The notes under the pieces are model-generated. The model was not told the origin of the DNA. It made no database searches and worked only from the letters and a program-made list of their open reading frames with translations. The position numbers and the translations under genes are program-made. Below, piece after piece: positions 1-10,878 of a DNA stretch of 64,000 nt. The stretch comes from a virus (taxonomy: Duplodnaviria > Heunggongvirae > Uroviricota > Caudoviricetes), in IMG/VR virus record IMGVR_UViG_3300032007_000008; one strand, given 5' to 3'. How positions within the stretch are numbered: the first letter of the stretch is position 1; every line of letters begins with the position of its first letter.

Positions 1-724
1 TTGACGGAAATTCTTTAAATACAAAAAAAGAATTTAAAAAATCAATACGAACAGGATTATGTGATAGACTTCTAACTGTACCGATAATGTTTTCGCCATG
101 TGTCCACACCCAACCAAAGGTTTGACTAAATTCCGCTACATTAGAACTATATGTTGTTGCTTCACCGCCTGACATTTCTACTACCAATTTAAAATATACT
201 GTAATCGCTTGCCAGCTTTCATAAAAAGTCGTAAGATATTTACGCCTAATCCACACAAATATCTTGTATGGCTGTATCAAATTTGATAAATCTGTTAGTT
301 CTGCCCATCCGTTTAAATTTCCGCCATTTGTAGGAGGATTCGTATGAATGCATGATTGTGATTTTGGCAGTTCGGCAGTAAAATCCTGAAAGCTTCTAGT
401 ACCTGAACCGTCTCTAACCCTTACGTTTCCTCTCATTTCAATTAAGCCCACAATGTCATCTGTCATTACTCCGCATATTTCGCGTTTGTCCGACGGAAAT
501 ACTATCGTCATAGGATTACCGTTCAAATCGTTAAAACTGCTGGGTGCGAGGTATGCGCCATATGGCGAATCGACTGTTTGATATTCATCAAAATAAATAG
601 ATGTCAATGCAGGAAATCCGGCAAATGCCGAACGTCCAGCCGTAAGTGTCAACGAGCCGAAATCAAGACTTCCGGTCGTGGCGCGTGTCATGTATGCATT
701 GTATAGTTCTTGTGAAGTAGCCAT
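1..724 (-). CDS. hypothetical protein, probably tail-associated (runs off the left edge)
   Basis: Manual translation from ATG 724 (MATSQELYNAYMTRATTG...) stays open to position 1. It is absent from the ORF track because its stop lies outside the window. Confidence 0.7.
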   Translation of the reverse strand, partial: MATSQELYNAYMTRATTGSLDFGSLTLTAGRSAFAGFPALTSIYFDEYQTVDSPYGAYLAPSSFNDLNGNPMTIVFPSDKREICGVMTDDIVGLIEMRGNVRVRDGSGTRSFQDFTAELPKSQSCIHTNPPTNGGNLNGWAELTDLSNLIQPYKIFVWIRRKYLTTFYESWQAITVYFKLVVEMSGGEATTYSSNVAEFSQTFGWVWTHGENIIGTVRSLSHNPVRIDFLNSFFVFKEFPS

Positions 725-733
725 GTTCTAATC

Positions 734-3700
734 CTATATTCTTGTTGGTATGTTTGGAACGTACCATACCGGTGCGAATGTTCCAAGTTCGAGATAAAGT
801 CCCCCTACACCATAGAAATGCGCACCGTATGCAGCACCCCATGGGAATCCTGCCATTGACGAAATCGAACCTACAGTCTTGTTCGGAATGTAAATGTCCC
901 CAGTGACGCCGGAAAACGCATTTTCCCCTATGGCAGTAACGCTTGGGATGTACACCGACGACAAATGGGCATTCATAAATGCGCTTGCGCCTATAGTCTT
1001 GCATTTTTCGAAATACAGATTTCCCAATCCGCTTACGTTGGCAAAGGAGCATGTTCCTATAGATTCAGCCATGTTCGCACGAACTGAACGTATGGACGAG
1101 CAATGTGCAAATGCGGCATCGCCTACTGAAATAGCATTGTTCACGCATACGCTTTCAAGGTCGTTGCAATACGCAAACGTGTAGTTTCCGACATTTCCAA
1201 GATTGTCGTCATCGAATCTGGTCACTGTCCTCGCCATTACATTTCCAAGAGCTGATTCGTAGTCTGGGTGGAGCTTGTATATGCGTTTTCTCTCCGCATT
1301 AATGCTGCCATCCCACATCTCTCTGAAACGGTAGAGATAATATTGATATTCATCGGATTTTTCGATATGGGACGCAAAGTTATACGCATTTCCGCTTCCA
1401 TCGTTGTTGTATGTGCCATGAAGGAAATCCATGTTTCCCCTCAGCATGGCATATCCAATATCATTTCCTCCAAAATCAAATGCGGTCGAAATCATGACCT
1501 CTTCATCATTGGCGGCTATTGCAACAGGCATGCAAGGAAATCTCTCAGAATCCTGTCCGTCTACATGGAAAAGGTATTTCTCTCTGGAATAGTCTTCTTC
1601 GGTCTTGTCTATATCTCCACAGAATCTGTGGATTACTTTCCAAGATGTTACCCTAATTTCCGTAAAGCCAAATTGCTCCAGTTTTTCCACGTCATCTATG
1701 CCGCTTTCCACGTCAACTGTTATCTTATGTCCATTTTCAAACAGTTTTGTTATTGTTCCATTATCGAGAACATAGATGTCTTTCCACAATACCCTTCCAA
1801 CCGAATTGGCTACTTCTACTGTTTCATCCTCTTCGCTTCTTATTATTTCGACATAGTATTTTGCCTTGCCGCCATCTACGATGTTTGATGTCTGTACATA
1901 GGTGAGAATGACATAGAATCTTCCGTTGAAGAAACACACATCGCTGTTTTTGAACTCATAGTCTTCTTGACCGTCAAAGGTGCATTCGTATTCCTCGAAC
2001 CAGTGCGCGTATTTTGTTTGGTCCCTGAATGGACGACATCCGTATATCTTTCCGCTTTCGCCCAATGCAATATAGTTTCCGTTGCCTCCGCATATCTTGT
2101 GTATGATTCCGGATGATATGTCGGTTTGCTGCATCTGGTAACTGGTTATTGGGATGTTTGCCGTTGATTTTGCGAAATAATATATTCCTCCTCCTTCTTT
2201 CGAGGCAAACAGGCATTCGTTGTCGGAATATACGCTGTTCCATGCTTCCGTGCCAGTTCCGCCCAAGGAATTTCTCGTCGAGATGTTGTTCGTATACTTC
2301 AATCCGTTTGACATTGCAATAATGAAATTTTTGGAAGATTCATCGAAGCAGATGTCGTTGGATGATACATTTGCAAGTGAAACAGATGTCCACGAAGCCG
2401 TTGCTGGATTTGAAATGAGGTCGCTTGTGGTGTGAATAATGGATGAAGCCGGCCTGGAAGTCGCGACGACAAAGTATTCCGTACCGTTAGCGACTTTTCC
2501 GTATGCTATCCCATTTATCGGACGAAGAACTGTTGTGCTTGAAAGTTTTGTGTCCAGCCACTTCGATTGAGCACTTGAGTATACTTTAAGACCTATGTTT
2601 CCATCCGCTGTGAAAAATGCGCCTTTTTCAGATTTCAAGAAACTCCATTGTCCGTTGGGGGGAGTCGCCATTGTCGGGTCTGATTGGACAAAAGAGTAGT
2701 CAGATTCAGAATCTTCGAAAAACCAGTCACGCTTTGCCGTATTCATCGATGTCGGTTCGATTGTTCTGAAAACCGAAAAGTTTCTCGATACTCCAGAAGA
2801 AGGAGACGGTATCTTCAAAACCAGCGATTCGCGGTTGTTTCTTCCGCCGAATATCGAATGGCGTGAAAGAGGAACGAACACGGAACACGGATACATCGGC
2901 GGAACATCGGAATAGAATCCATCCTCATAATACTGCGTGTAGTAGTATTTCGCATTATTGAACGCAGCATATATTCCACGGCCTTGCGCTTGCTGAGTGC
3001 TTGGTAATGATGGTCCTAAATCTACCCGTACCGATATTGAAGATGCAGCATATCGTCCGTTATCGCCGTTATATGTGTATGGAGTGACAATGAATTGTCT
3101 ACGGTCAAACTCAAGCTTGTCTTGGTAATCCAGTAGTTTGCTATATATGGAACTTCCCGTCACGAGCCATCCGTTGTCGAACGATATGCTTCCATACACA
3201 GGACGAATATTTTGCGGCGACGAACTTCCTAGTATTTCAAGCTCTCGGCTGTCGTAATCCCATAGAGAATATGGGGTTTTCGTGGCGTTATATATCTCCT
3301 TCGACCTAAGAACATAATTCGAAGAGCTTACAACGTTCACTCCGTCACTGCTCTGTTTTACGCATCCGCGCTTCAAGCTTGTCGCATGGGTCGGAGTATA
3401 GACTACTCCGGTCGAGCTTATTACGGTTGCATCATGTCCATCTACAGATGAAGGAAATATTGTAAATGTGTTCGCTGGCGCTGTCAGAATATTGTTGCTT
3501 TTTTTCGAAATTTCTTCCACGAACGCAAATGCCGAAACTGGATGCTCCGAATTCGATGCAAGAGTTCCATAGTTCAACGATATGTTGGTTGATGGCGGAG
3601 TTGTGCCAGTGACAGTTCTGATGAAATGTTCGGGTTTTGGATTCAGAACATTCTGCTTATCTTCGAGAGCCTCATGAAGAACTGATGCTTCGACAACCGA

Positions 3701-6274
3701 TGACGAACCCGCCGATATCGTGTTTCCAGCAAGCTTTACACCTCCAAATGTAGAGATTGTCGCATGCTTAAGTTCGTATGTCGTATCGGTTTTCGATATA
3801 TTTCCGTTTTCGTCTATTGAAACATTGTACATGTGTTCGAACTTGTCCTGTTTGTGGCTAAGTTCGGTGAACATGTGTCCCCCCATTACAAATTTGTCAG
3901 ATTGCTTCGATATACCGCCTCTTTCCAGAAATACATGAGTTGATTTGTCAAGAGACACAACATCAAAGTTTCCAGACCATAATATTCGAGGAGATTTTTC
4001 GAGAAGAGAGTCATAAAGCCAACCGCCTGAAATTGGAAGAGAGTCATCTGTGTGCAAGTTGTCGAATTTTACGAGTTTACACACGCCATCTGAGGTTGTT
4101 ATGGCGGAATCGCCGAATATTATCGGTTTTTGAAGATTCGATTCGAAGTATTCGTAGATTGACCCTCCTGAAATCGGATAGTTTATTCCACTCCCAAGAT
4201 ATGTATGATTAATTCCAATGTTCTCACCATCAACGGAAAATCCAGATTCCGAGTCAAAATAAAGTTTTTTCTGTTTGGATGTCAGTGCCATATATATCGA
4301 TTTTCCGTTTATGACACTGTTTGGAAAATTCTCGTAGTTCTCGAAAGTGTTATTGAATGAGCATAGGTGCGGAGATGTCGTCAATTCGTCAATAAAATCC
4401 GAATGGTTGAAATGAATGTTGTCTTCCTTTGATGTAAGAGAAGAGGAAATTGTTGACACCAGAGGAACGTATAGACTATACTGTTCATCATAATCTTCGC
4501 CATGTAAAGGTGTATTCGTTATTAGATATAGTCCAGCGTTTCCATCGATTTCCGCAGTTGGCGGCGTAGCCTGCCAGTCGTTCGTTATTTCGTTTTCGTT
4601 TGATATGTGAACATGGCTACCCGCTATAGATGATGGTTGAGTAAGTGCAAACCTATGCCCAACTGTGGCAGAATCGACAGGTTTCGTTTCTCCCTGAGAT
4701 ATCGAATTCGCTATTCTCAGTGAAATTACGTCAGGCGTTTCTTCATTCCTCTGTAGATTTAGCTGAGACCGCACAACCGATATGCAATCCTGTTTTTCAG
4801 ACAGATATTCGCAGAATGACGAGTTTGCCAACGTATCTGTGCTTTCGAGTGAAGAAGTGATTTCTGTTTTTGCTATTCCATATTTTGAGCTTGTCGCTTT
4901 TGATACGGTAAGCGTTTCATCATATATGTCGAGATAGTCCGAAGTCGTCAACATCCTGTAGAGCGAGCTTGTTCTCATGGATGCCGTGGCATTTGGATTC
5001 AATATGAAATCCTCTATGGAAGAGATGGCGGCAGAAACGAAATAACCGTTTGATGTGATAAGACCAGAATTTTTTGTGTCTATATTGACAGAATCCTGAA
5101 ATTTTTCTATTTCTTCGAATATGGCGTTACCATCGCATGGGATAGCAGAATTTTCGGCAACAGATGCTGCAATCTTGAGAGAGACATCTGTTTTCTTGTT
5201 ATCGTAATCTGTTTCAATATCGAAAAACGAATTGTTGGCACTGAGCTTTTCGGCCTTGGAATATAGTCCCCTTGCAAGAGTTTCCGACAGTCGGAAAACC
5301 TCTCCAGAGGAAATTGGAGGTGCATCTCCATCAAACGATATTGTTATGATTTTGCCGAATTTAGCTATAGGACTGCAAAATGACAACCTATCTTCTTTTT
5401 GGCGTATAGCTTCCCACAGAAAGCCACCCATTACAGGCAATCTTCCGTTGAGCGATGCGGATTCCGCTATAAGAAGTTCAACGTTGTTTGAATCTACGGA
5501 AAGAGGTTCAACGAATGTGATTGAGTTCTGCTTTTTGGAGAAGGCTTCCGAAACCTCATTGCATGAGACAACCGTATCACCCTCCGAAGATGAAAGAGGC
5601 ATGCGTCTAAGATAAATGCCGCCATCCGAAGAGAGAACTGAATTTCCATCGACCGATACGATATCCTGTTTTCTTGAGAGAGCATCATATATGGCAGATG
5701 ATTTCACGGCATTCGAATCGTTTTTCTTTACCGCGTCTGACGGCAAAAACAATCCGCCGCTTACGGAATCGCTGGCATGTGAAAGAACGAATTCAGTGTC
5801 CTTCTTGTCAAGGGACGGAACGGTTTTCGACATGTCGAAGCTTAGATTTTGCCCAATTGTCAATTTTTCTTCTTTTCCGTCCGTTTCGCGTGACAGTTCG
5901 TCGAGAATGCCGTATATGGATGAGGCGTATCTCTCAAAATCGTGAAATGGCTCTTTCGACACTACTGCATATGAAGTCAATCTTCCGAACGACTGTAAAA
6001 TACGACCGTCTGCAAAAATGAAGTTCTTTCTGTCGTCGGATATCGCGGGTATGCTTCCGTATCCGCTGGTGTCGAATATTGTACGCACACCGTAATCAAA
6101 TATGGAGAATCTTTCGAAATGCGAATCAAGGGAAGACAGGTGCGAGAGCATGTGCCAAATAACGAACGACTTCGGCGACAAGTTCCATGTATTGGAGCAA
6201 TTTGTGGTCAAGCTCATGCTTTCAAGAAAGCAATCGCTGACCTCTTTTGTGGTGTCTGTCTGTATGATGTCCAT
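734..6274 (-). CDS. giant tail fibre/adhesin-like protein with KQ repeats and C-terminal BspA-type leucine-rich repeats
   Basis: 1846 aa. Recurring L..KQD.I/L and ISGG.IY repeats. C-terminal VGNYTFAYCNDL/VGDAAFAHCSSI/IGASAF/IGENAF repeats typical of BspA (LRR_5). Confidence 0.7.
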   Translation of the reverse strand: MDIIQTDTTKEVSDCFLESMSLTTNCSNTWNLSPKSFVIWHMLSHLSSLDSHFERFSIFDYGVRTIFDTSGYGSIPAISDDRKNFIFADGRILQSFGRLTSYAVVSKEPFHDFERYASSIYGILDELSRETDGKEEKLTIGQNLSFDMSKTVPSLDKKDTEFVLSHASDSVSGGLFLPSDAVKKNDSNAVKSSAIYDALSRKQDIVSVDGNSVLSSDGGIYLRRMPLSSSEGDTVVSCNEVSEAFSKKQNSITFVEPLSVDSNNVELLIAESASLNGRLPVMGGFLWEAIRQKEDRLSFCSPIAKFGKIITISFDGDAPPISSGEVFRLSETLARGLYSKAEKLSANNSFFDIETDYDNKKTDVSLKIAASVAENSAIPCDGNAIFEEIEKFQDSVNIDTKNSGLITSNGYFVSAAISSIEDFILNPNATASMRTSSLYRMLTTSDYLDIYDETLTVSKATSSKYGIAKTEITSSLESTDTLANSSFCEYLSEKQDCISVVRSQLNLQRNEETPDVISLRIANSISQGETKPVDSATVGHRFALTQPSSIAGSHVHISNENEITNDWQATPPTAEIDGNAGLYLITNTPLHGEDYDEQYSLYVPLVSTISSSLTSKEDNIHFNHSDFIDELTTSPHLCSFNNTFENYENFPNSVINGKSIYMALTSKQKKLYFDSESGFSVDGENIGINHTYLGSGINYPISGGSIYEYFESNLQKPIIFGDSAITTSDGVCKLVKFDNLHTDDSLPISGGWLYDSLLEKSPRILWSGNFDVVSLDKSTHVFLERGGISKQSDKFVMGGHMFTELSHKQDKFEHMYNVSIDENGNISKTDTTYELKHATISTFGGVKLAGNTISAGSSSVVEASVLHEALEDKQNVLNPKPEHFIRTVTGTTPPSTNISLNYGTLASNSEHPVSAFAFVEEISKKSNNILTAPANTFTIFPSSVDGHDATVISSTGVVYTPTHATSLKRGCVKQSSDGVNVVSSSNYVLRSKEIYNATKTPYSLWDYDSRELEILGSSSPQNIRPVYGSISFDNGWLVTGSSIYSKLLDYQDKLEFDRRQFIVTPYTYNGDNGRYAASSISVRVDLGPSLPSTQQAQGRGIYAAFNNAKYYYTQYYEDGFYSDVPPMYPCSVFVPLSRHSIFGGRNNRESLVLKIPSPSSGVSRNFSVFRTIEPTSMNTAKRDWFFEDSESDYSFVQSDPTMATPPNGQWSFLKSEKGAFFTADGNIGLKVYSSAQSKWLDTKLSSTTVLRPINGIAYGKVANGTEYFVVATSRPASSIIHTTSDLISNPATASWTSVSLANVSSNDICFDESSKNFIIAMSNGLKYTNNISTRNSLGGTGTEAWNSVYSDNECLFASKEGGGIYYFAKSTANIPITSYQMQQTDISSGIIHKICGGNGNYIALGESGKIYGCRPFRDQTKYAHWFEEYECTFDGQEDYEFKNSDVCFFNGRFYVILTYVQTSNIVDGGKAKYYVEIIRSEEDETVEVANSVGRVLWKDIYVLDNGTITKLFENGHKITVDVESGIDDVEKLEQFGFTEIRVTSWKVIHRFCGDIDKTEEDYSREKYLFHVDGQDSERFPCMPVAIAANDEEVMISTAFDFGGNDIGYAMLRGNMDFLHGTYNNDGSGNAYNFASHIEKSDEYQYYLYRFREMWDGSINAERKRIYKLHPDYESALGNVMARTVTRFDDDNLGNVGNYTFAYCNDLESVCVNNAISVGDAAFAHCSSIRSVRANMAESIGTCSFANVSGLGNLYFEKCKTIGASAFMNAHLSSVYIPSVTAIGENAFSGVTGDIYIPNKTVGSISSMAGFPWGAAYGAHFYGVGGLYLELGTFAPVWYVPNIPTRI

Positions 6275-6297
6275 CGTATGCCTGATTGTAATTACCC

Positions 6298-9200
6298 CTA
6301 TAGTGGTGGCGTGTATTGTATTAGGGTTCTCTTTGAAATCAATATCTCATTCGCTGCAATTTCCTCAAAATCAAAAACGAATATCGATTCTCCGCTTGAG
6401 TTTGTCTCCATTGGAATGAACGGAGAGGTTGAATCTTCCGAATACCATGTGATATCTGGGTCAAAACTTACACGCACAGATGTAACTGAACCAGTCGTTG
6501 TCTGTGGAAGAATGATTACCGATGAAAATTTTCTTGACTTATCCTGTACATATGATGGTCGTGTCATTGTAAGTGTAAAACTTGTACCGTAGCTACGAGT
6601 CGTATTGGTGAAATCTCCAACATTTATTGTGTAATTATAATTTGGAAATTCATAGTTTTGAACTCCCATATTATTTGGATTGTCAACATCCATCGTGCGA
6701 ATCTGCATCTGTCGCTCTGTGAGTATGAATCTCGATATCGCGCCGCCGCTGACTGGGAGGGTGGTGCTGCTTGTTATTTCAGATGCCAAGTTAAGGCTGA
6801 CCAAACCACTATTTTCTTTGATAAAATCGCCTGTAAATGTCAGTATTCCATTCTTTCCCTCAAGCGCGGAAGCTATGTCGGCACCGCGAACGGGCTTGTC
6901 CGTATTCGATGTAGATATCTCTCCATAGTCTATCTCTATTTTCTTCTTCAGCGGCTGGAAATAGGAAAGCTCCGTGGAACGTTCCGTGCTGTCGGTTATT
7001 GATATTCCGCTTGCACCGACCCATGCGTTTCTCATGGCGACTATTGAGTTAAACACAGTACTCGCCGGAACGGTATATGTTCCATTAGACTCAAGAGCGT
7101 CATTCTTATAGTACACTCCGCCAATCGTAGTCGGTGTAGCCGCAGGCAGATTGTACGCAACCGTGTTTATTCTTATGTAATTGCCTTCTGGCGTTAACGT
7201 AACGTTGTCGCCTGGAGTCAAGATGGGTTGTTTTTTGTCAAGAGCGGATTTTGCATCCCCAGCCCTTACCGGCTTTTGAGACATCGTTAAGCTGTCGTAA
7301 TTAGAGAGGTCTGCATAATCAAGCATTATGCTGAACTGACTGCTCGATGTTATGCCAGTTCCAAATGTAAGAACATTTTCCTTCTTTGCAAGTTCTATCG
7401 CTATCGAAGACGCAGGAACAACATGGCTGAAATTTCCGATTGCACTTCCGTAGAGAACCCCTCCAAGGGTATCCGTGGTAGCAGCAGGAAGTTCATATAC
7501 CGTGTCCTTTGCGCTTATTGTTTTGGTAGCTTGATTTATAGTGATATTAGTTCCAGGTGTCAGCTTGTCTTGTTTGCCAGTTAAGGCGGCATATGCAGAA
7601 CCGCCGCTTATCGCCCTAGTTTCTCTTTCTGAAATTTCACCATAATTTATGTCTACCGAGATATATCCATTTGCATCCGTGGAAGTTGCAAAATCAGTAG
7701 TGCTGAAAACCGTTATAGGCTGTTTTCCGTCAAGTGCGGTTTTTGCGTCAGAGGCATATACTACATTACGGTCGTTAAGCGCAATCGAACCATACTTCAA
7801 ACCTATTTCAATTGGCGAATCCGTATCGTCAACAACAAAATCAGCGTCCGAAAAGCTAAGTTTAGGCATATAATTCTCAATAGCATCGAGAATTGCGGTA
7901 TGCGACGGAACAGTTCTTTGACCGCGTTCGAGCGTAGAAGCGTAGTTTAAAGAAACGACATTGGCGTTTGAACAGGTTATTTCGGATGAAAATGTAATGT
8001 TGTTTTGTTTTTGGTCGAGCGCCTGCTTTATCGTGCTGCCGCGTACAGGAAGCGTATCGTTTGACAGCTCTATATTTCCATATACGATGCTTACGGTATT
8101 TCCAATTTTCGACAGGTCTGAAGAAAACGAGAGTATATCTTGCTTAAGTTCAAGCGCAGATTTAACGCATCCAGCCGTAGGAACTCTGTTAGTCTCGTCA
8201 TTTATGTTCGTAGTCACTCTGATTAGACCAGCAACAGGTCCATTTGGCTGCGCTTCTGGTATTGCCGATGTCACGGAAATCGTTACGGTTCCATCTGGAT
8301 TTCCGGTCAGATTGATTCCTGCGCCTTCTCTTAAAAGAGGCTGGTATTTTGAAAATTCCTCATACAGCTCTCCGGAAGAGACTACTTTCGAGGAACTTTC
8401 GCCAATATGACCGAAATCCACGGATATCACGTTGTTGTCTATGGATATTCCGTCTCCCTGAGAAAGTACGTGCTGTTTTTTGTTCAGCTCGGTCGTTATT
8501 ACGGAGTTTGACACTGCATTGCCGCTTCTGTCGTTAAGCGCAGCGTCAACCTTAACGAGACCCGCTTTCTGGCTAGTTGCGGTTCGTATTTTTAAAATAC
8601 CGCCGTCGAAATAGAAAGGCTCATTGTTGAGGACTGAGTATATTACGCCGCCCTTAACAGTATGGATTCCATTTTCGCTTATCGAACCATCGAACAAAAC
8701 AGAGATTCCATTTTCGTCTATTTTTATCGAATCTCCCTCGGAAAGCTTTTGCTGCTTTGTTGATAGTTTTGAATATATTTCTCCACCGCTTACCGTCCTG
8801 GTCTCGTCTCTCTGTATATGGCCAAAGTCTATAGCTATTTTTGTCTTGCCATCTTCGACATGTCCACTCAACCCATTTCCAAAATCTATTGGATATGCCC
8901 TTTCGTCTATTAGGCCGCTTATTGCGGAAAATGCCGAATGAACAGAGCCTGCCGTGACAAGCTTGTTGGACTCAGGCGATATTTCTCCAAACACAAGTGA
9001 AACGTTATTTTCGGAGTCTAGCGAAAAATATAGTCTTGAGAATGAGAGCGAATCTTGCTTGCCTGACAGTGCGGCGAATATCTCTCCTCCACTCACAACT
9101 CCTGTAGCACCCTCTTCTATGTGTGAGAATTTTATTGATACTTTATCATCTGAAGATGTGAAATTGGATTCACTGAATGACAGTTTATCCTGTTTTTTCT

Positions 9201-9990
9201 CCAATGCAGACCGTATTTCGCTGCCACGGACTGGCTTTGTGGGCGAACCATCCTCAAGTCTGCCAAAATCAACGGCTATCTTTCCGTCTTCATCCAGACG
9301 TATTCCATTCGAAGGGATTATCTTGTTCTGCTTCTTGGATAGTTCTTCGTATATAGCACTCCCCTTTACGGGGTTCTGCCCATTCTCGGTAATGGCATTG
9401 TCAAGATACACGCCGCCTATGGAAGTTTCTGTGGCCACCGGCAGCACATATATTGTATCTTTCGCGCTTATCACCCTCGTAACTGGGTCTATGGATATGT
9501 TGTCACCGGCTATAAATGCAAACTGTTTCGAGGCCAACGCTCTTCTTATGTCGGATATTTTAGTTTCGGTATTGGAACTCAGTTCATCGAACGACGTGTT
9601 TTCGCTGGCATTGGAGGTTACTATGTAACCGCTCTTTTGTCCATTGTCATACGCCACTTTTCCATTAGCGTAAATGGCATTTCCGCTAAGGTCTCGTATT
9701 GCCGAAAACTTGAACTCTTTTCCATATATCAACGCATCGGAATATCTTGCAAGTATGTCGTTGAATATGGCTTGATGGGCGTTTATGTCACTGTCGTGGC
9801 CATGTATTGCCGAAAGGACGTAGAATTTTGTGGCAAGACCCCACGTCTTATCCGCGTTGTCCGAGAAATCGTATGAAGACAGCTGCTCAAGAGTTCCGAC
9901 GTTCTCCTCGCCATGCTCGTCGATTGGAGATGTCGTCAAGCCGATTACTCCATACTCGTCGGTATCGAAATATGCTGTTTCAAATGACAT
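6298..9990 (-). CDS. long repetitive tail fibre-like protein
   Basis: Many ~45-aa repeats (KQDKL..G..I.I....IS.D.G.I......VSGG.IY..L) and LP.AT..T.GGV motifs. Likely start is ATG 9990 (MSFETAY), downstream of a late promoter. Confidence 0.7.
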   Translation of the reverse strand: MSFETAYFDTDEYGVIGLTTSPIDEHGEENVGTLEQLSSYDFSDNADKTWGLATKFYVLSAIHGHDSDINAHQAIFNDILARYSDALIYGKEFKFSAIRDLSGNAIYANGKVAYDNGQKSGYIVTSNASENTSFDELSSNTETKISDIRRALASKQFAFIAGDNISIDPVTRVISAKDTIYVLPVATETSIGGVYLDNAITENGQNPVKGSAIYEELSKKQNKIIPSNGIRLDEDGKIAVDFGRLEDGSPTKPVRGSEIRSALEKKQDKLSFSESNFTSSDDKVSIKFSHIEEGATGVVSGGEIFAALSGKQDSLSFSRLYFSLDSENNVSLVFGEISPESNKLVTAGSVHSAFSAISGLIDERAYPIDFGNGLSGHVEDGKTKIAIDFGHIQRDETRTVSGGEIYSKLSTKQQKLSEGDSIKIDENGISVLFDGSISENGIHTVKGGVIYSVLNNEPFYFDGGILKIRTATSQKAGLVKVDAALNDRSGNAVSNSVITTELNKKQHVLSQGDGISIDNNVISVDFGHIGESSSKVVSSGELYEEFSKYQPLLREGAGINLTGNPDGTVTISVTSAIPEAQPNGPVAGLIRVTTNINDETNRVPTAGCVKSALELKQDILSFSSDLSKIGNTVSIVYGNIELSNDTLPVRGSTIKQALDQKQNNITFSSEITCSNANVVSLNYASTLERGQRTVPSHTAILDAIENYMPKLSFSDADFVVDDTDSPIEIGLKYGSIALNDRNVVYASDAKTALDGKQPITVFSTTDFATSTDANGYISVDINYGEISERETRAISGGSAYAALTGKQDKLTPGTNITINQATKTISAKDTVYELPAATTDTLGGVLYGSAIGNFSHVVPASSIAIELAKKENVLTFGTGITSSSQFSIMLDYADLSNYDSLTMSQKPVRAGDAKSALDKKQPILTPGDNVTLTPEGNYIRINTVAYNLPAATPTTIGGVYYKNDALESNGTYTVPASTVFNSIVAMRNAWVGASGISITDSTERSTELSYFQPLKKKIEIDYGEISTSNTDKPVRGADIASALEGKNGILTFTGDFIKENSGLVSLNLASEITSSTTLPVSGGAISRFILTERQMQIRTMDVDNPNNMGVQNYEFPNYNYTINVGDFTNTTRSYGTSFTLTMTRPSYVQDKSRKFSSVIILPQTTTGSVTSVRVSFDPDITWYSEDSTSPFIPMETNSSGESIFVFDFEEIAANEILISKRTLIQYTPPL

Positions 9991-10053
9991 CTTGGTGCTA
10001 TTTTTAGTTAATAACACTATTTAGTGATGTCAAGTCTTTGAATTGAAGCTGTA

Positions 10054-10386
10054 TTATCCTATTGGATTTGCATATGATTGTAAACTAGATAGCCTAGCTT
10101 TCAATTCCGCTATTTCAGATTCAAGCGTCGATATTCTCTTCTCAAGCCTGTCTAAAGATTCTTTGTGCGCGTTTGGGTCTTCATCGTGCTCACCAAGAGA
10201 GTCCAATACGAAAAACTTTGTTGCAAGTCCAAAAGTTGACGACGAATCTATTCCTACGCCGACGGTTCTGACCTTCTTGAGATTTTCGGATTTTCCGCTG
10301 CCCTTTGTTCCGCTAGAATCGGATGGGTTTGGACATACGTTTATATTTCCGAACTTACGTGTTGGTATGTTCGAGGATATAATCAT
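10054..10386 (-). CDS. small fibre-associated coiled-coil protein
   Basis: Shares FGLATKFFVL...HD.D.NAH with the N-terminus of the neighbouring fibre; C-terminal heptad repeat. Confidence 0.6.
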   Translation of the reverse strand: MIISSNIPTRKFGNINVCPNPSDSSGTKGSGKSENLKKVRTVGVGIDSSSTFGLATKFFVLDSLGEHDEDPNAHKESLDRLEKRISTLESEIAELKARLSSLQSYANPIG

Positions 10387-10814
10387 TAGATAAAGCTTCC
10401 GGTGTTGTCTATGTCAAAATCGGGAACAGAACCGTAGTATAGTCTGAATTTGGGAAAATTTGCATTATCAGCTGGAATTACCGTATCCGCAAGATAGCCA
10501 CGATTCGTCTCGACCTTCAGCATCCAATAATAATCTTGATAGCTGAACTTTTCCTTCGTAGGCTCAACTTCCATCTCTTCCGTATCTTCTGGCTTTATGA
10601 AGAAATATGCCTCGTATGGAGAAACAGTCGGGTCTGCGCCGCATTTGTAGGATTTCGCTATAACCGCATCTTCATCTGGGTCTTCGCGATTGCGTTTTAC
10701 GGCAAAAGTCACATACACATTTGTCATGTCATGGTCGAAAAGGAACCTAAGCACACCAGAGTCCTTTTTTCTCATGTAAATCATGTTTGAATCTGTTTTA
10801 AGGAAAAGCGACAT
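10386..10814 (-). CDS. putative baseplate/fibre attachment protein (BppU-like N-terminal fold)
   Basis: VTFAVK...AYFFIKPEDT...YYW pattern; located in the tail operon. Confidence 0.4.
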   Translation of the reverse strand: MSLFLKTDSNMIYMRKKDSGVLRFLFDHDMTNVYVTFAVKRNREDPDEDAVIAKSYKCGADPTVSPYEAYFFIKPEDTEEMEVEPTKEKFSYQDYYWMLKVETNRGYLADTVIPADNANFPKFRLYYGSVPDFDIDNTGSFI

Positions 10815-10878
10815 CGTTAATAGAAAAGTTTTACACTATTTAGGCTTGCTCGGCATGGAAGGTCTAAATAGTGTGGAG

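Larger units (their letters stand above)
10017..10871. promoter_or_regulatory. T4-like late promoter motif CTAAATA(G), three copies including a divergent pair
   Basis: 10017-10024(-), 10836-10843(-) and 10864-10871(+). Also at 21064(-), 42257, 43404, 45089, 55092(-), 61575 and 62579, each shortly upstream of a start codon. Confidence 0.7.

Noticed and set aside
7649-9628. Long plus-strand ORFs opposite the fibre gene (and similar ones opposite dnaK and the ArdC-like gene)
   Set aside because: They are antisense shadows of real genes, Ser/Phe-rich, with no independent signals.
734-10017. Diversity-generating retroelement targeting the fibres
   Set aside because: No reverse transcriptase and no adenine-variable template/variable repeat pair seen in this window; the repeats are protein-level and diverged.
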